54,840 nt of DNA from Parcubacteria bacterium C7867-007 (GTDB lineage: Bacteria > Patescibacteriota > Minisyncoccia > Phycocordibacterales > Phycocordibacteraceae). Below are positions 8,882-17,912 of the stretch, one piece after another. Position 1 is the stretch's first letter. The number at the start of each line of letters is the position of its first letter. The DNA lies in the NCBI GenBank assembly GCA_001189195.1, contig LFCQ01000006.1, positions 1-54,840 on the forward strand, read 5' to 3'. The notes under the pieces are model-generated. The model was given only the letters and a program-made list of their open reading frames with translations. It ran no database searches and had not been told where the DNA came from. A program made the translations under genes and the position numbers.

Positions 8882-8910
8882 CGTGACGCAGGATGCGTCG
8901 AAGAAGGTGC

Positions 8911-9486
8911 TTAGCCGAAGATCCAGTCGGCGCGGAAGGTGCTGCTGAGGATCACGACCTGATGGTCGCCCTCGTCTCCGAAGACCAGGGTGCGGCCGTT
9001 CAGCTGCACGACCCGATCGTCGTAGTAGAGGCCGGAGAGTTCGATGTAGTCGCCCTCGTCCGGATTGAAGTCCAGCAGCCTGATGATGCCGTGGTCGCCG
9101 TCGTTCAGCACGATGCTGAAGACGTCGGCACCAGGTCCGCCCATGGCGGTGTCGCCGAGACCGACTTCGATGAAGTCGTCGCCACGTCCACCGGAGAGGG
9201 AATCCCCGCCGAAGCCGCCGATCAGAGCATCATCACCGTTTCCGCCGACGAGGGTGTCATCACCGTCGTTGCCGAACAGGTTGTCGTTGTCGTCATCCCC
9301 GAACATCTGGTCGCGACCGGAACCGCCGATGGCGATGTCGTCACCCTCGTTGCCGAAGAAAACGGTGTCATTGTTGCGGCCGAGCTCGTTGAAATCGAAG
9401 TAGTCGTCCCGCACCCCGCCGTAGAACGCCACCTCGGCGAGGAACGGAGCGGGCGGGCTGATGGGTACGATGACGGATTGGCTCAT
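8911..9486 (-). CDS. RTX-type (hemolysin-type) calcium-binding repeat protein
   Basis: Tandem GGxGxD nonapeptides (GGSGRDQMFGDDDNDNLFGNDGDDTLVGGNGDDALIGGFGGDSLSGGRGDD). ATG at 9486 preceded by AAGGAG. Strikingly GC-rich compared with its flanks. Confidence 0.85.
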   Translation of the reverse strand: MSQSVIVPISPPAPFLAEVAFYGGVRDDYFDFNELGRNNDTVFFGNEGDDIAIGGSGRDQMFGDDDNDNLFGNDGDDTLVGGNGDDALIGGFGGDSLSGGRGDDFIEVGLGDTAMGGPGADVFSIVLNDGDHGIIRLLDFNPDEGDYIELSGLYYDDRVVQLNGRTLVFGDEGDHQVVILSSTFRADWIFG

Positions 9487-9555
9487 GGAAGCTCTCCTTG
9501 TTGTTCCGGCCATACAATAACACTATATCAATATAAAGTCAATAGCTGGGTAACA

Positions 9556-10725
9556 ATGCACTATACTGAGGTTTCTAGCCCTATTTCCATGAAACAGACC
9601 AAGAAACAGATCGTTGCAGCCTTTAAGAAAGCAGGAGCTCGTATTGAAACAAAAGGGCGTGTGAAGTTAAAGAATAAGGATGATATTTCCTTGTGGTATA
9701 CACCTGGCGTGGGAGCCGCTTCAGAACACTTGGCTGCACATCCAGAGGATGCGCGCAGTATGTCTGTGAAGAGAAACTCAGTTGCTGTTGTTTCTGATGG
9801 CTCTGCGGTACTTGGTCTTGGAAACATCGGACCCTATGGCGCACTTCCTGTTATGGAAGGGAAGGCACTGATCTTTAGAGAAATGGCAGGCATTGATGCG
9901 TGGCCTATCGTGCTTGATACACAGGATCCTGATGAAATCATTCGTACCGTTCTGGCTATCGCACCGTCATTCGGCGGAATCAATCTTGAAGACATTAAAG
10001 CCCCCCAGTGCTTTGCAATTGAGAAAGCACTCATTGAAAAACTCTCTATCCCGGTGATGCATGATGATCAGCACGGAACTGCAATCATCGTTCTTGCAGC
10101 TCTTATCAATGCGACAAAGGTTGTACAGAAGAAGCTTCCTTCACTACGCGTAATTATTTCAGGAGCAGGAGCCGCTGGCACCGCTGTTGCAATATTGCTT
10201 CGTGCTGCAGGTATTAGCGACATCATTGTGCTCGATCGTGCAGGCGCACTACACGTTGGTCGTGCGGGTATGAATACGGACAAACAAGCACTAGCGTTAG
10301 ACACAAACCCACGAAAGGTTGTGGGTGACCTAGCAACCGTACTCACAGGAGCTGATGTGTTTATCGGTCTTTCAGGTCCAGATCTTCTCACTGCTGATCA
10401 TGTTCGTCTTATGGCAAAGCATGCAATCGTTTTCGCACTCTCCAACCCTGTTCCTGAAATCATGCCAGATGAAGCAAAGAAAGGTGGTGCCGCTGTTATA
10501 GGGACAGGCCGTTCGGATTTTCCTAATCAGATAAACAACGCACTCGTGTTTCCAGGCATATTCCGAGGTGCCCTTGATAAAGGGGTATCAAGCATTACAC
10601 AGGAGACAAAGATACGTGCTGCAAAGGCAATTGCTGCGCTTGTCGCTAAGCCCACTGCAACCAAGATTGTTCCAGATATCTTTGATAGGCGCGTGGTCCC
10701 AGCGGTTGCCAAGGCCGTTCGCTAG
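9556..10725 (+). CDS. NAD(P)-dependent malic enzyme (short form)
   Basis: LWYTPGV, MHDDQHGTA, GAGAAG and NPVPE motifs. The start is ATG 9556 or 9589. The upstream part of the 610-aa ORF is antisense shadow of the RTX gene. Confidence 0.88.
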   Translation: MHYTEVSSPISMKQTKKQIVAAFKKAGARIETKGRVKLKNKDDISLWYTPGVGAASEHLAAHPEDARSMSVKRNSVAVVSDGSAVLGLGNIGPYGALPVMEGKALIFREMAGIDAWPIVLDTQDPDEIIRTVLAIAPSFGGINLEDIKAPQCFAIEKALIEKLSIPVMHDDQHGTAIIVLAALINATKVVQKKLPSLRVIISGAGAAGTAVAILLRAAGISDIIVLDRAGALHVGRAGMNTDKQALALDTNPRKVVGDLATVLTGADVFIGLSGPDLLTADHVRLMAKHAIVFALSNPVPEIMPDEAKKGGAAVIGTGRSDFPNQINNALVFPGIFRGALDKGVSSITQETKIRAAKAIAALVAKPTATKIVPDIFDRRVVPAVAKAVR

Positions 10726-10746
10726 TATCCGGTATACTGTGCGCAT

Positions 10747-11166
10747 ATGCACATCGCGCGTCGTGTCTACAACTTCTGCGTCAGGATTCCTGACCACCTA
10801 TATCCCTTTAGTGAGCTTATAGAAGGGAAGCGCGTACGCTGGAAGACCGCCTATGACTTAGCACTTGCACGTATAAACGAAGTTCAAGGGTTTGGACATT
10901 ATGGAGCAAGGCTCATTGCATACCGCAGCTTCTTCCACATTCTTGGTTCATTCCTGTTTATCTTCTTTGCAACACTTGTTTCGCAGGATTTATTTGGAAG
11001 TCAGATAGCGCTGTATGTGCTTCTCGGTATGGCAGCATTTGCACTTATCTATCAGGAGTTCTTCCTCCAACCCAAGACGTTTGGGCAGCTTCGTCTCCAT
11101 AGTGTTATTGATGTCCTTTCTTGGACGATTCCATTCGTGATCTACGTATCTTTAACGATTCACTAA
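10747..11166 (+). CDS. Hypothetical membrane protein
   Basis: 139 aa with three predicted TM helices in the C-terminal two thirds. TATACT lies 8 nt before the ATG. Confidence 0.5.
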   Translation: MHIARRVYNFCVRIPDHLYPFSELIEGKRVRWKTAYDLALARINEVQGFGHYGARLIAYRSFFHILGSFLFIFFATLVSQDLFGSQIALYVLLGMAAFALIYQEFFLQPKTFGQLRLHSVIDVLSWTIPFVIYVSLTIH

Positions 11167-11600
11167 TCTCGTTGCACGGCAAGACGTACTCGTTCAAACA
11201 CACTTACAAACCATGCACGATCTTTAGGGTCTTCCAGTGATGCACTAACGCGCGGTAGGGGGATCCATGCAGCTTCTTGTATCTCCATAGCAGGAGAAAG
11301 TTCGCTGTGTGGCTCAGTGGCAAAGAGGAACATGTGAATCTCTTTGGAGGTATTGGGATCGTATGTTCCATCAGCCAAAATACCTGGACGTATATACGAA
11401 CCAAGATCATCAATTACTTCCAGATTATCGAGTCCAGCTTCTTCTTCTATTTCTCTCCGTGCTGCCGCTTCATCGGTCTCACCGTCTTCAACTCCACCTT
11501 TAGGAAAGAACCATTGAGATTCCTTATTTCTGCGCACCATTGCTATGGTGCCGTGGTCTCCGAGAACAATGCCCCCTGCAGTTCTTCGAGTATTAGTCAT
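11163..11600 (-). CDS. NUDIX hydrolase
   Basis: Nudix box GGVEDGETDEAAARREIEEEAGL. Start placed at the internal ATG (MTNTRRTAGGIVLG). Confidence 0.85.
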   Translation of the reverse strand: MTNTRRTAGGIVLGDHGTIAMVRRNKESQWFFPKGGVEDGETDEAAARREIEEEAGLDNLEVIDDLGSYIRPGILADGTYDPNTSKEIHMFLFATEPHSELSPAMEIQEAAWIPLPRVSASLEDPKDRAWFVSVFERVRLAVQRD

Positions 11601-11958
11601 GAGAAGGCTTGGGAATAAATAGGAGTGCAAGAGCGGCAAGAGCTATGGACACATCCCGGAAGAGAATAGGGAATTGAGCACCATTGAACACCACGATTGC
11701 GAGAAGCAGTATGGCCGCAATGACTGAAGGAATGCGGATCTTCCATCCTGAAAGAATCCACAACCCTATGATCACTTCTAGTACGCCGAATCCATGGAGA
11801 AGAAGCATTGGATCAACAGGTACGGTGTTTATGAATGCAGGGAAGTATCCAATCCAAGAGTCTGGATTGGAAAGTGCATCAATGGGTGGATAGAGAAATG
11901 CGAACGCAACACCGATGCGCAACAGAAGATGCCCGATTGCTTCAGGGGTGCGGGGCAT
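11593..11958 (-). CDS. DoxX-like small membrane protein
   Basis: 121 aa with four hydrophobic helices in a DoxX-type arrangement. Weak call from pattern only. Confidence 0.45.
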   Translation of the reverse strand: MPRTPEAIGHLLLRIGVAFAFLYPPIDALSNPDSWIGYFPAFINTVPVDPMLLLHGFGVLEVIIGLWILSGWKIRIPSVIAAILLLAIVVFNGAQFPILFRDVSIALAALALLFIPKPSHD

Positions 11959-11959
11959 A

Positions 11960-12475
11960 CTACTGACTTACCACAACGGTACCTGCATCAGATGCACGCG
12001 CATGGTTGTGATAGTCGAAGGAACCTGCCTTGGTGAAGGTGAAGCTGTATGTGGTGCCTGCAGGTCCGCCAGAGCACTGATCAAAGGTTCCACCCGTCGC
12101 CTTACCATCGCTGCAGTGTTCTTGCGTGCTGGTACCGTCATATCCGGTGTGTGTTGGGTGTTCGTCCGCACCAACCCACATGCGGTTTGCTGAGTTGTTA
12201 ACAAACTTTACCGTGTCCCCAACCTTTACATTGATTGTTTTAGGAGAGAATCCCGCATCAGTGTATGAGACTGTAGCACCACCTGAGGTATTAACAGAAG
12301 AAGGTGCGCCGCCGTCACTGGGTGTCATTGCGCCCATAACACCAGTGGTGGTGGTTGAAACCACATCGGTAGCGGTGGGTACGGGTGCTGCTGCGGTATT
12401 TGTAAATGCAAAATAAGCTATTGCAGCAAGAACAATGAAAATGGCAATGGCGATAAGGGTTTTCTTTTGAGACAT
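11960..12475 (-). CDS. Secreted cupredoxin-fold protein
   Basis: N-terminal TM/signal, T-rich linker, and a C-terminal domain with KVGDTVKFVNNS...HPTH...FDYHNH resembling plastocyanin/cupredoxin-like domains. Confidence 0.5.
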   Translation of the reverse strand: MSQKKTLIAIAIFIVLAAIAYFAFTNTAAAPVPTATDVVSTTTTGVMGAMTPSDGGAPSSVNTSGGATVSYTDAGFSPKTINVKVGDTVKFVNNSANRMWVGADEHPTHTGYDGTSTQEHCSDGKATGGTFDQCSGGPAGTTYSFTFTKAGSFDYHNHARASDAGTVVVSQ

Positions 12476-12581
12476 ACAGAATGGATTAGCTTATACCTCT
12501 ATTCTACTACCAAGCTTCCACAGTCTTGATGGGAACAGTATAGGCAGAACAAGTGAGTATCGAATGAAACACTGGTTGAAT

Positions 12582-12672
12582 TGGCGGAGACGGAGGGATT
12601 CGAACCCTCGAGGGGCTATTAACCCCTGCCTCGTTAGCAGTGAGGTACTTTCGACCACTCAGCCACGTCTCC
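12582..12672 (-). tRNA. tRNA-Ser, anticodon GCU (CCA encoded)
   Basis: The reverse complement is GGAGACGTGGCTGAGTGGTCGAAAGTACCTCACTGCTAACGAGG-long variable arm-GAGGGTTCGAATCCCTCCGTCTCCGCCA. Anticodon loop CTGCTAA. Confidence 0.88.
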
Positions 12673-13260
12673 AATGTCGTATAGCGTTGCTCCTGAAGTA
12701 CGTACATCGTCCACTAATACATATATGGTATGTGTGCTCGGAGATCTGGAGGCTAGAAACGCACCCTCCATGTTGCTGCGGCGACCTGCAGCACCCAGAG
12801 ATGTTTGTGGTGGAGTGTCTTTGATTCGGCAAAGAAGGTTTCTTTCTATTGCCACGCATACCCCAAACTCCTTTTTAAGTACTTGTTGTGCGTGTACACA
12901 GATACGATCAACCTGATTGTATCCACGAGCGTGTAAACGAACTGCTGATAACGGAACGGGGATCAATACAATCTTGGTTGTATCGGGCTGTTGTGAAAGA
13001 TAGGTTGCAAGAATGGAACCAAGTATTCGTTGTGCGTGATGTGAATCGTTATATTTCGCTTCCGTTATTGCTGCCTGCACAAGAGGGTCCTTATAAGGAA
13101 GAAGAGATGTGCAGGTAAGGTGTTCATCCACGTATTCCTTAGGAGTAACTAGGGTGTGTAGCGCTTCGTATGAAAGAGATCGAGCGCGAAGTGCTCGATC
13201 TTTGGGAGGGAATACACTATCAAGAAGTACCGAAAAGAGCTGCATATATCTATACTGCAA
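12634..13260 (-). CDS. comF: ComF-family phosphoribosyltransferase-like protein; C-terminus runs into tRNA-Ser
   Basis: PRTase motif YVLVDDVRTSGATL near the C-terminus. The last ~13 codons overlap tRNA-Ser, and the usual C-terminal ~30 aa after the PRPP loop appear to be missing. Confidence 0.6.
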   Translation of the reverse strand: MQYRYMQLFSVLLDSVFPPKDRALRARSLSYEALHTLVTPKEYVDEHLTCTSLLPYKDPLVQAAITEAKYNDSHHAQRILGSILATYLSQQPDTTKIVLIPVPLSAVRLHARGYNQVDRICVHAQQVLKKEFGVCVAIERNLLCRIKDTPPQTSLGAAGRRSNMEGAFLASRSPSTHTIYVLVDDVRTSGATLYDIGDVAEWSKVPHC

Positions 13261-13365
13261 CCGAGATCCCTCTATAGCAGTGAACTACACCTGCACCACA
13301 TACCTGCTGTACAGGCATTCCTCTACGTTTTATTCAGTATTTCTTTAGACTGTGCACCGTAATGT

Positions 13366-13371
13366 TACAAT
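13366..13371 (+). promoter_or_regulatory. -10 box TACAAT (extended TGt) 6 nt upstream of the pilM ATG
   Basis: TTAGAC-15 nt-TACAAT-gcaggc-ATG with no SD. The geometry implies a leaderless transcript. Confidence 0.5.
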
Positions 13372-13377
13372 GCAGGC

Positions 13378-14463
13378 ATGTCGTTATTTGGAAATCTATT
13401 CGGCAGCAAGAAAAGCAGGAGTGTACTTGGAGTAGACATAGGCTCCTCTTCATTGAAAGTGGTACAGCTGCGCCGTGACGGAGAGACTGCGGTACTTGAA
13501 ACCTATGGAGAACTTGCACTCGGCCCCTACGCGGGTGGAGAAGTGGGGCAGGCGACAAACCTGCCAGCAGCAAAGATTGCAGAAACCCTCAAGGATCTTC
13601 TGGGTGAATCGAGTATCACCACTGCAGATGCAGGTATTTCTATTCCATTCTCCCGTTCACTTCTAACTCTCGTAGAGTTGCCATTCCGTGAGAATCCTGA
13701 GGAACAGAAGACCATGATAGAGCTCGAGGCGCGAAAGTATATCCCCGTACCTGTTTCTGAAGTTCAGTTGGACTGGTTCATCGTGCCCGAGCCTGCTGCA
13801 GAGGGTGCTCCAAATCCAACGAAGATGAAGGTGCTTATCGTTGCAGTCCATAACGATCAACTCGCACTCCTGCAAAGTGTTATCGCAGGAGCGAACCTCA
13901 CCGCGACATTTTATGAAATTGAGATCTTTAGCACTATTCGTTCAGTAGTTGATGAACCAGTTCTTCCGGTACTTGTTTTGGATATCGGTGCATCAGCAAC
14001 AAAGGTGTATGTGGTTGAGCACGGGGTGGTAGCACTTTCACATAACATTCCACAGGGAGGTCAGGATGTAACGCGCACCATTGCAACTGCTCATGGATAT
14101 TCAGTATCTAAAGCTGAAGCACTTAAAAAGGAGCATGGCTTTATCGAAGGGAAGGGGGTATATGATCGAAAGACGATTGAGCTTATCTTCTCGCGCATAT
14201 TTGACGAGGCAAAGCGTGTACTTACACAGTTTGAGACGAACCATCAAAAGACTATCTCAGCGATAGTACTCACTGGTGGTGGGGGTGTAACCCCAGAGCT
14301 AGTGAAGTACGCCAAGGAATTCTTCTCTCTCGATGTGAAACTTGCTGATCCTTTTGGAAAGACACAAGCGCCTGCCTTCATGCGCCCAGTACTTGAACAA
14401 ATTGGTCCAGAGTTTGCTGTTGCAGTGGGAGTTGCACTTCGTAAGCTTGAAGAAACAACCTAA
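13378..14463 (+). CDS. pilM: Type IV pilus assembly protein PilM (actin-like ATPase fold)
   Basis: 361 aa. VLGVDIGSSSLKVVQL and VLDIGASATKV phosphate-binding motifs. First gene of the pilus cluster. Confidence 0.88.
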   Translation: MSLFGNLFGSKKSRSVLGVDIGSSSLKVVQLRRDGETAVLETYGELALGPYAGGEVGQATNLPAAKIAETLKDLLGESSITTADAGISIPFSRSLLTLVELPFRENPEEQKTMIELEARKYIPVPVSEVQLDWFIVPEPAAEGAPNPTKMKVLIVAVHNDQLALLQSVIAGANLTATFYEIEIFSTIRSVVDEPVLPVLVLDIGASATKVYVVEHGVVALSHNIPQGGQDVTRTIATAHGYSVSKAEALKKEHGFIEGKGVYDRKTIELIFSRIFDEAKRVLTQFETNHQKTISAIVLTGGGGVTPELVKYAKEFFSLDVKLADPFGKTQAPAFMRPVLEQIGPEFAVAVGVALRKLEETT

Positions 14464-14511
14464 CTTCATCTCCTGTGCATAACCTCACGCGTAAAGACTG
14501 CATAAATACCG

Positions 14512-14517
14512 TATACT
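14512..14517 (+). promoter_or_regulatory. -10 box TATACT 6 nt upstream of the GTG start at 14524
   Basis: TATACT-cataac-GTG. Confidence 0.4.
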
Positions 14518-14523
14518 CATAAC

Positions 14524-15168
14524 GTGGCTATTTCTCCAGGCATCCCAACTTCATTTGTACCGAAGCTTCCGGTACAGGCACCAAAGCGTCGCATGAGTTT
14601 TGCGAACAACTTGTTCTTTTTAGTATCGATCGGTATTGCAGCATTTGCAGTGGTAGCATCTGGACTCGTACTTGGGTACAGCCAGTTCCTTATGCATATA
14701 GAAGACACTAAGGCCGCTGAACTTAAGAAGGAGCAAGAGGCAGTGGTTGCTGAAACATTGAAGGAATACGTTCGTCTCAAGGATCGTTTTAATGCTAGTG
14801 AACAACTTCTTGCGAACCACATCACCCTTTCACGATTCTTTGATGAGCTTGAATCATTAACACTTCAGAATGTGCAGTTCACAAACCTCCGTCTTTCTAT
14901 TGCGGGAGATGGTACTGCAAAGATCGATCTTGACGGTATTGCAAAGAACTTTAATGCGCTTGCGGTGCAGTCTAATCAGGTTGCAAGCAACAAGAATATT
15001 AAGCGAGCCATCTTCTCAGGTATTCGCTTTGATTCAGGAACAGAGAAAGGATCACGTATTCTCTTTAAACTCACAGCAGATCTTGAGGCAGACCTCGTGC
15101 ATGGAGCACAGCCAACCGTTGTTGCCCCTGCCCCTGTAGCACCGGTAGCTACCACCACAACACCATGA
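14524..15168 (+). CDS. PilN-like bitopic pilus assembly protein
   Basis: 214 aa. Single TM after a short cytoplasmic N-terminus, then a coiled-coil. Sits between pilM and the pilO-like gene. GTG start. Confidence 0.55.
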   Translation: MAISPGIPTSFVPKLPVQAPKRRMSFANNLFFLVSIGIAAFAVVASGLVLGYSQFLMHIEDTKAAELKKEQEAVVAETLKEYVRLKDRFNASEQLLANHITLSRFFDELESLTLQNVQFTNLRLSIAGDGTAKIDLDGIAKNFNALAVQSNQVASNKNIKRAIFSGIRFDSGTEKGSRILFKLTADLEADLVHGAQPTVVAPAPVAPVATTTTP

Positions 15169-15728
15169 TGACCCGACTCCTTCCATTTGCTGCATTGGTA
15201 CTCGCTGGAGCCTTGGTCTTTGGCTATATTGTCCCTACATATAAGAATACGATTAGCACCACACAGAGCCGTATTGATAGCTATGAAAGTGCTCTTGCGG
15301 CTGCAAAGCGCTTTTCTGCAAAGGAAGCAGATCTTGCACAGCAACGTGCAGCGATTGATCCTGCGAGTATTGCACGACTTGAAGCATTCTTGCCTGATGG
15401 TGTGAACAATGTGCAGCTAATCCTTGATCTTGATGGGCTTGCGGCACGTTCGGGTATGACTCTTTCAAACTTTAATATTGACGTTAGTTCAGTAACAAAT
15501 GGTGTCTCGGCTACCGACCCAACTGCTCTAGTGCTTGAAACTGGGGACCCTGTTGATTCTATTGAACTCTCCGTTGAAGCTACAGGCACCTACTCTGAAT
15601 TCCGTACGTTCATTGATGGAATTGAGCGAAGCCTACGACCGCTTGATATTGTGAACATTGAAGTATCTAACGGTGCAAATGGTATTTATCGGTACACTAT
15701 GACCATGCGTATCTACTGGCTCCACTAA
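15165..15728 (+). CDS. PilO-like pilus assembly protein
   Basis: 187 aa with N-terminal TM, coiled-coil and a C-terminal ferredoxin-like part. ATGATGA overlap with the upstream gene. Confidence 0.6.
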   Translation: MMTRLLPFAALVLAGALVFGYIVPTYKNTISTTQSRIDSYESALAAAKRFSAKEADLAQQRAAIDPASIARLEAFLPDGVNNVQLILDLDGLAARSGMTLSNFNIDVSSVTNGVSATDPTALVLETGDPVDSIELSVEATGTYSEFRTFIDGIERSLRPLDIVNIEVSNGANGIYRYTMTMRIYWLH

Positions 15729-15734
15729 ACACAT

Positions 15735-16040
15735 ATGCACCTCACCAAAAGCAACATCATACTCGCTATAGCTGCAGGCCTCACGTTTGTTGCGGCAGTG
15801 TATTACTACTTCTTCTATAACCGCGACACCGGACCAGCAGTGGTTGCAACCGCACCCGCGAGTGCTGCAGAGCTCGACTTCTTGAACCTGGTGGTACAGA
15901 TCGATAGCATCTCATTCAACACAGCAATCTTCTCCGATCCTCGTTTTACCTCCCTTACGGATATCCATACCATTGTTGTTCCAGAGGCTGCAGGACGTCG
16001 TGATCCCTTTGCAGCGCTTCCTGGTGCAGCAGTGCAGTAA
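15735..16040 (+). CDS. Small bitopic protein of the pilus cluster (PilP-position)
   Basis: 101 aa with one N-terminal TM. No motif recognised. Confidence 0.45.
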   Translation: MHLTKSNIILAIAAGLTFVAAVYYYFFYNRDTGPAVVATAPASAAELDFLNLVVQIDSISFNTAIFSDPRFTSLTDIHTIVVPEAAGRRDPFAALPGAAVQ

Positions 16041-16081
16041 TGTTTCTGGGTACGTCACGTACGTACGGGGTGAGGTATATG

Positions 16082-16087
16082 TATAAT
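16082..16087 (+). promoter_or_regulatory. TATAAT box of the pilB promoter cassette (GTATAATGGGTTTA)
   Basis: The 14-nt string GTATAATGGGTTTA is identical to 21828-21841 upstream of the third pilin. An ATG follows 6 nt after the box. Confidence 0.5.
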
Positions 16088-16093
16088 GGGTTT

Positions 16094-16126
16094 ATGATGC
16101 GCACGCGTTCCACTATTGTCGTATGA
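16094..16126 (+). other. 10-codon upstream ORF (MMRTRSTIVV) overlapping the pilB start by ATGA
   Basis: It starts 6 nt after TATAAT, and its TGA stop (16124-16126) overlaps the pilB ATG (16123-16125). Confidence 0.35.
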
Positions 16127-17892
16127 ACGTACTTTCTATACTCACTGATGCGGGCGTACTTAAAGCAGAAGAAGCAACCGCAATTGCGGAAGAGTCTCGC
16201 ACTACCCAAACTCCTGTTACCACAATTCTTGAAAAGCGCGGTATCACCTCGGAACAGATTCTTGCAAAAGAAAGTGAACGATTTGGTATCCCAGTACGGG
16301 CAGTCCCAAATAGTGCACGGGGAAGAGAGATCCTAGACCGCATTCCGGAGGAATCTGCACGCCACTATGGATTTGTACCACTCTCCGTTGTTGATGGTGC
16401 CCTAGAAGTCGGAATCATTGATCCAGACAACATTGAAGCACTTGATGCACTCCAATTCATATCAAGTCGTGTCGGGCTTCCGTACAAGCTGTTCCTTATA
16501 AGTCAGGTTGATTTCGACCGTGTACTTGAAGAGTACGGCAGTCTTTCTGAAGAAGTGGGTACCGCTCTTTCTGAACTTGAGCCGGCAGCAGAAACAGAGG
16601 AATCAAAAGGCAAGGATGGTGAGGTTGAAACCGTCATTAAGGAAGATGCTCCGGTCACAAAGATTGTGGCAACGATCCTTCGGTATGCAGTGGAAGGAGG
16701 GGCAAGTGATATTCATATTGAACCAACCATAGAGAAGACACATGTGCGATTCCGTATGGACGGCGATCTGCACACCTCCCTCGAGCTTCCAGTTAAAGTA
16801 CATCCTGCGGTTGTTGCGCGTATTAAGATTCTTTCGCAGATGCGTTTGGATGAAAAGCGTAAGCCACAAGACGGTCGTTTCTCTGCACAGGTGGAAGGAC
16901 GTCGTATCGACTTCCGTGTATCAACATTCCCTACGCAGGGAGGAGAGAAGGTGGTGATGCGTATTTTGGATCGATCGAAGTCGGTAGCAACACTAGAGAG
17001 CCTCGGGTTCTCTGCACAAGACTTTGCAACTATTAAAGAATCACTCGATCGACCATATGGCATCATTCTGATTTCAGGACCAACTGGTTCGGGTAAGTCG
17101 ACAACGCTCTTTGCCATGCTTTCTGCTATTGATCGCGAAACACAGAATGTGGTTTCACTTGAAGATCCGGTTGAGTATGAGGTGCCTGGAGTAGCGCAGT
17201 CTCAAGTACATCCTGAAATCGGCTATACCTTCGCTTCAGGACTGCGCTCTATCTTGCGTCAGGACCCTGATGTGATCATGGTGGGAGAGATCCGTGATAA
17301 GGAGACAGCACAGCTTGCTATCCAGGCAGCCCTTACCGGTCACTTGGTGTTCTCAACCATTCACACCAACACAGCAGCTGGTGTTATTCCACGTCTCGTA
17401 GATATGGGTGTTGATCCGTATCTTATTGCGCCAACACTTATTGCAGCTATTGGTCAGCGCCTTGTGCGTAAGTTGTGTCCTGGGGCAGGGGTGCCTCAGC
17501 CGATTAGCCCGAGCATCAAGCTACTTTTGGAAAAGGAGTTTTCTGATATGCCTGCAGAATTCCGTCAGAATCTTCCTGCATTTGATACCTACTATGAAGC
17601 AACCACAACACCAGACTGTCCAAACGGTACCCGTGGTCGTCTAGCAGTGTTCGAGATTCTGCGTATGGATAAGGACCTCGAGCGCGTAGTTCTTGAGGAT
17701 CCTGTTGAAGAGAAGGTATACGCAGCAGCACGCGCAAAAGGCATGTTTACGATGCGCGAGGATGCTATCATGAAAGCACTCGCCGGTCAGATTCCGTTCG
17801 AGGAAGTGAATACGCTTGGCGGTGCGCTGCTTGCGGAGAGTGAACCGGAAACGGAAGAGAATCCAGAAGCAGCAGCTGCCGAAGCATCCTAG
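16123..17892 (+). CDS. pilB: Type IV pilus assembly ATPase PilB (GspE family)
   Basis: 589 aa. N-terminal MshEN/T2SSE_N-like domain, Walker A GPTGSGKST, Asp and His boxes, and a tetracysteine-region remnant. Confidence 0.93.
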   Translation: MNVLSILTDAGVLKAEEATAIAEESRTTQTPVTTILEKRGITSEQILAKESERFGIPVRAVPNSARGREILDRIPEESARHYGFVPLSVVDGALEVGIIDPDNIEALDALQFISSRVGLPYKLFLISQVDFDRVLEEYGSLSEEVGTALSELEPAAETEESKGKDGEVETVIKEDAPVTKIVATILRYAVEGGASDIHIEPTIEKTHVRFRMDGDLHTSLELPVKVHPAVVARIKILSQMRLDEKRKPQDGRFSAQVEGRRIDFRVSTFPTQGGEKVVMRILDRSKSVATLESLGFSAQDFATIKESLDRPYGIILISGPTGSGKSTTLFAMLSAIDRETQNVVSLEDPVEYEVPGVAQSQVHPEIGYTFASGLRSILRQDPDVIMVGEIRDKETAQLAIQAALTGHLVFSTIHTNTAAGVIPRLVDMGVDPYLIAPTLIAAIGQRLVRKLCPGAGVPQPISPSIKLLLEKEFSDMPAEFRQNLPAFDTYYEATTTPDCPNGTRGRLAVFEILRMDKDLERVVLEDPVEEKVYAAARAKGMFTMREDAIMKALAGQIPFEEVNTLGGALLAESEPETEENPEAAAAEAS

Positions 17893-17912
17893 CAATTTTC
17901 ATATTAATTCTT

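Noticed and set aside
8893-9555. The first ~220 codons of the 610-aa plus-strand ORF (8893..10725).
   Set aside because: This part is the antisense shadow of the GC-rich RTX gene. It is a low-complexity V/A/E/D-rich translation with no start context. Malic-enzyme similarity begins only near 9556-9589.
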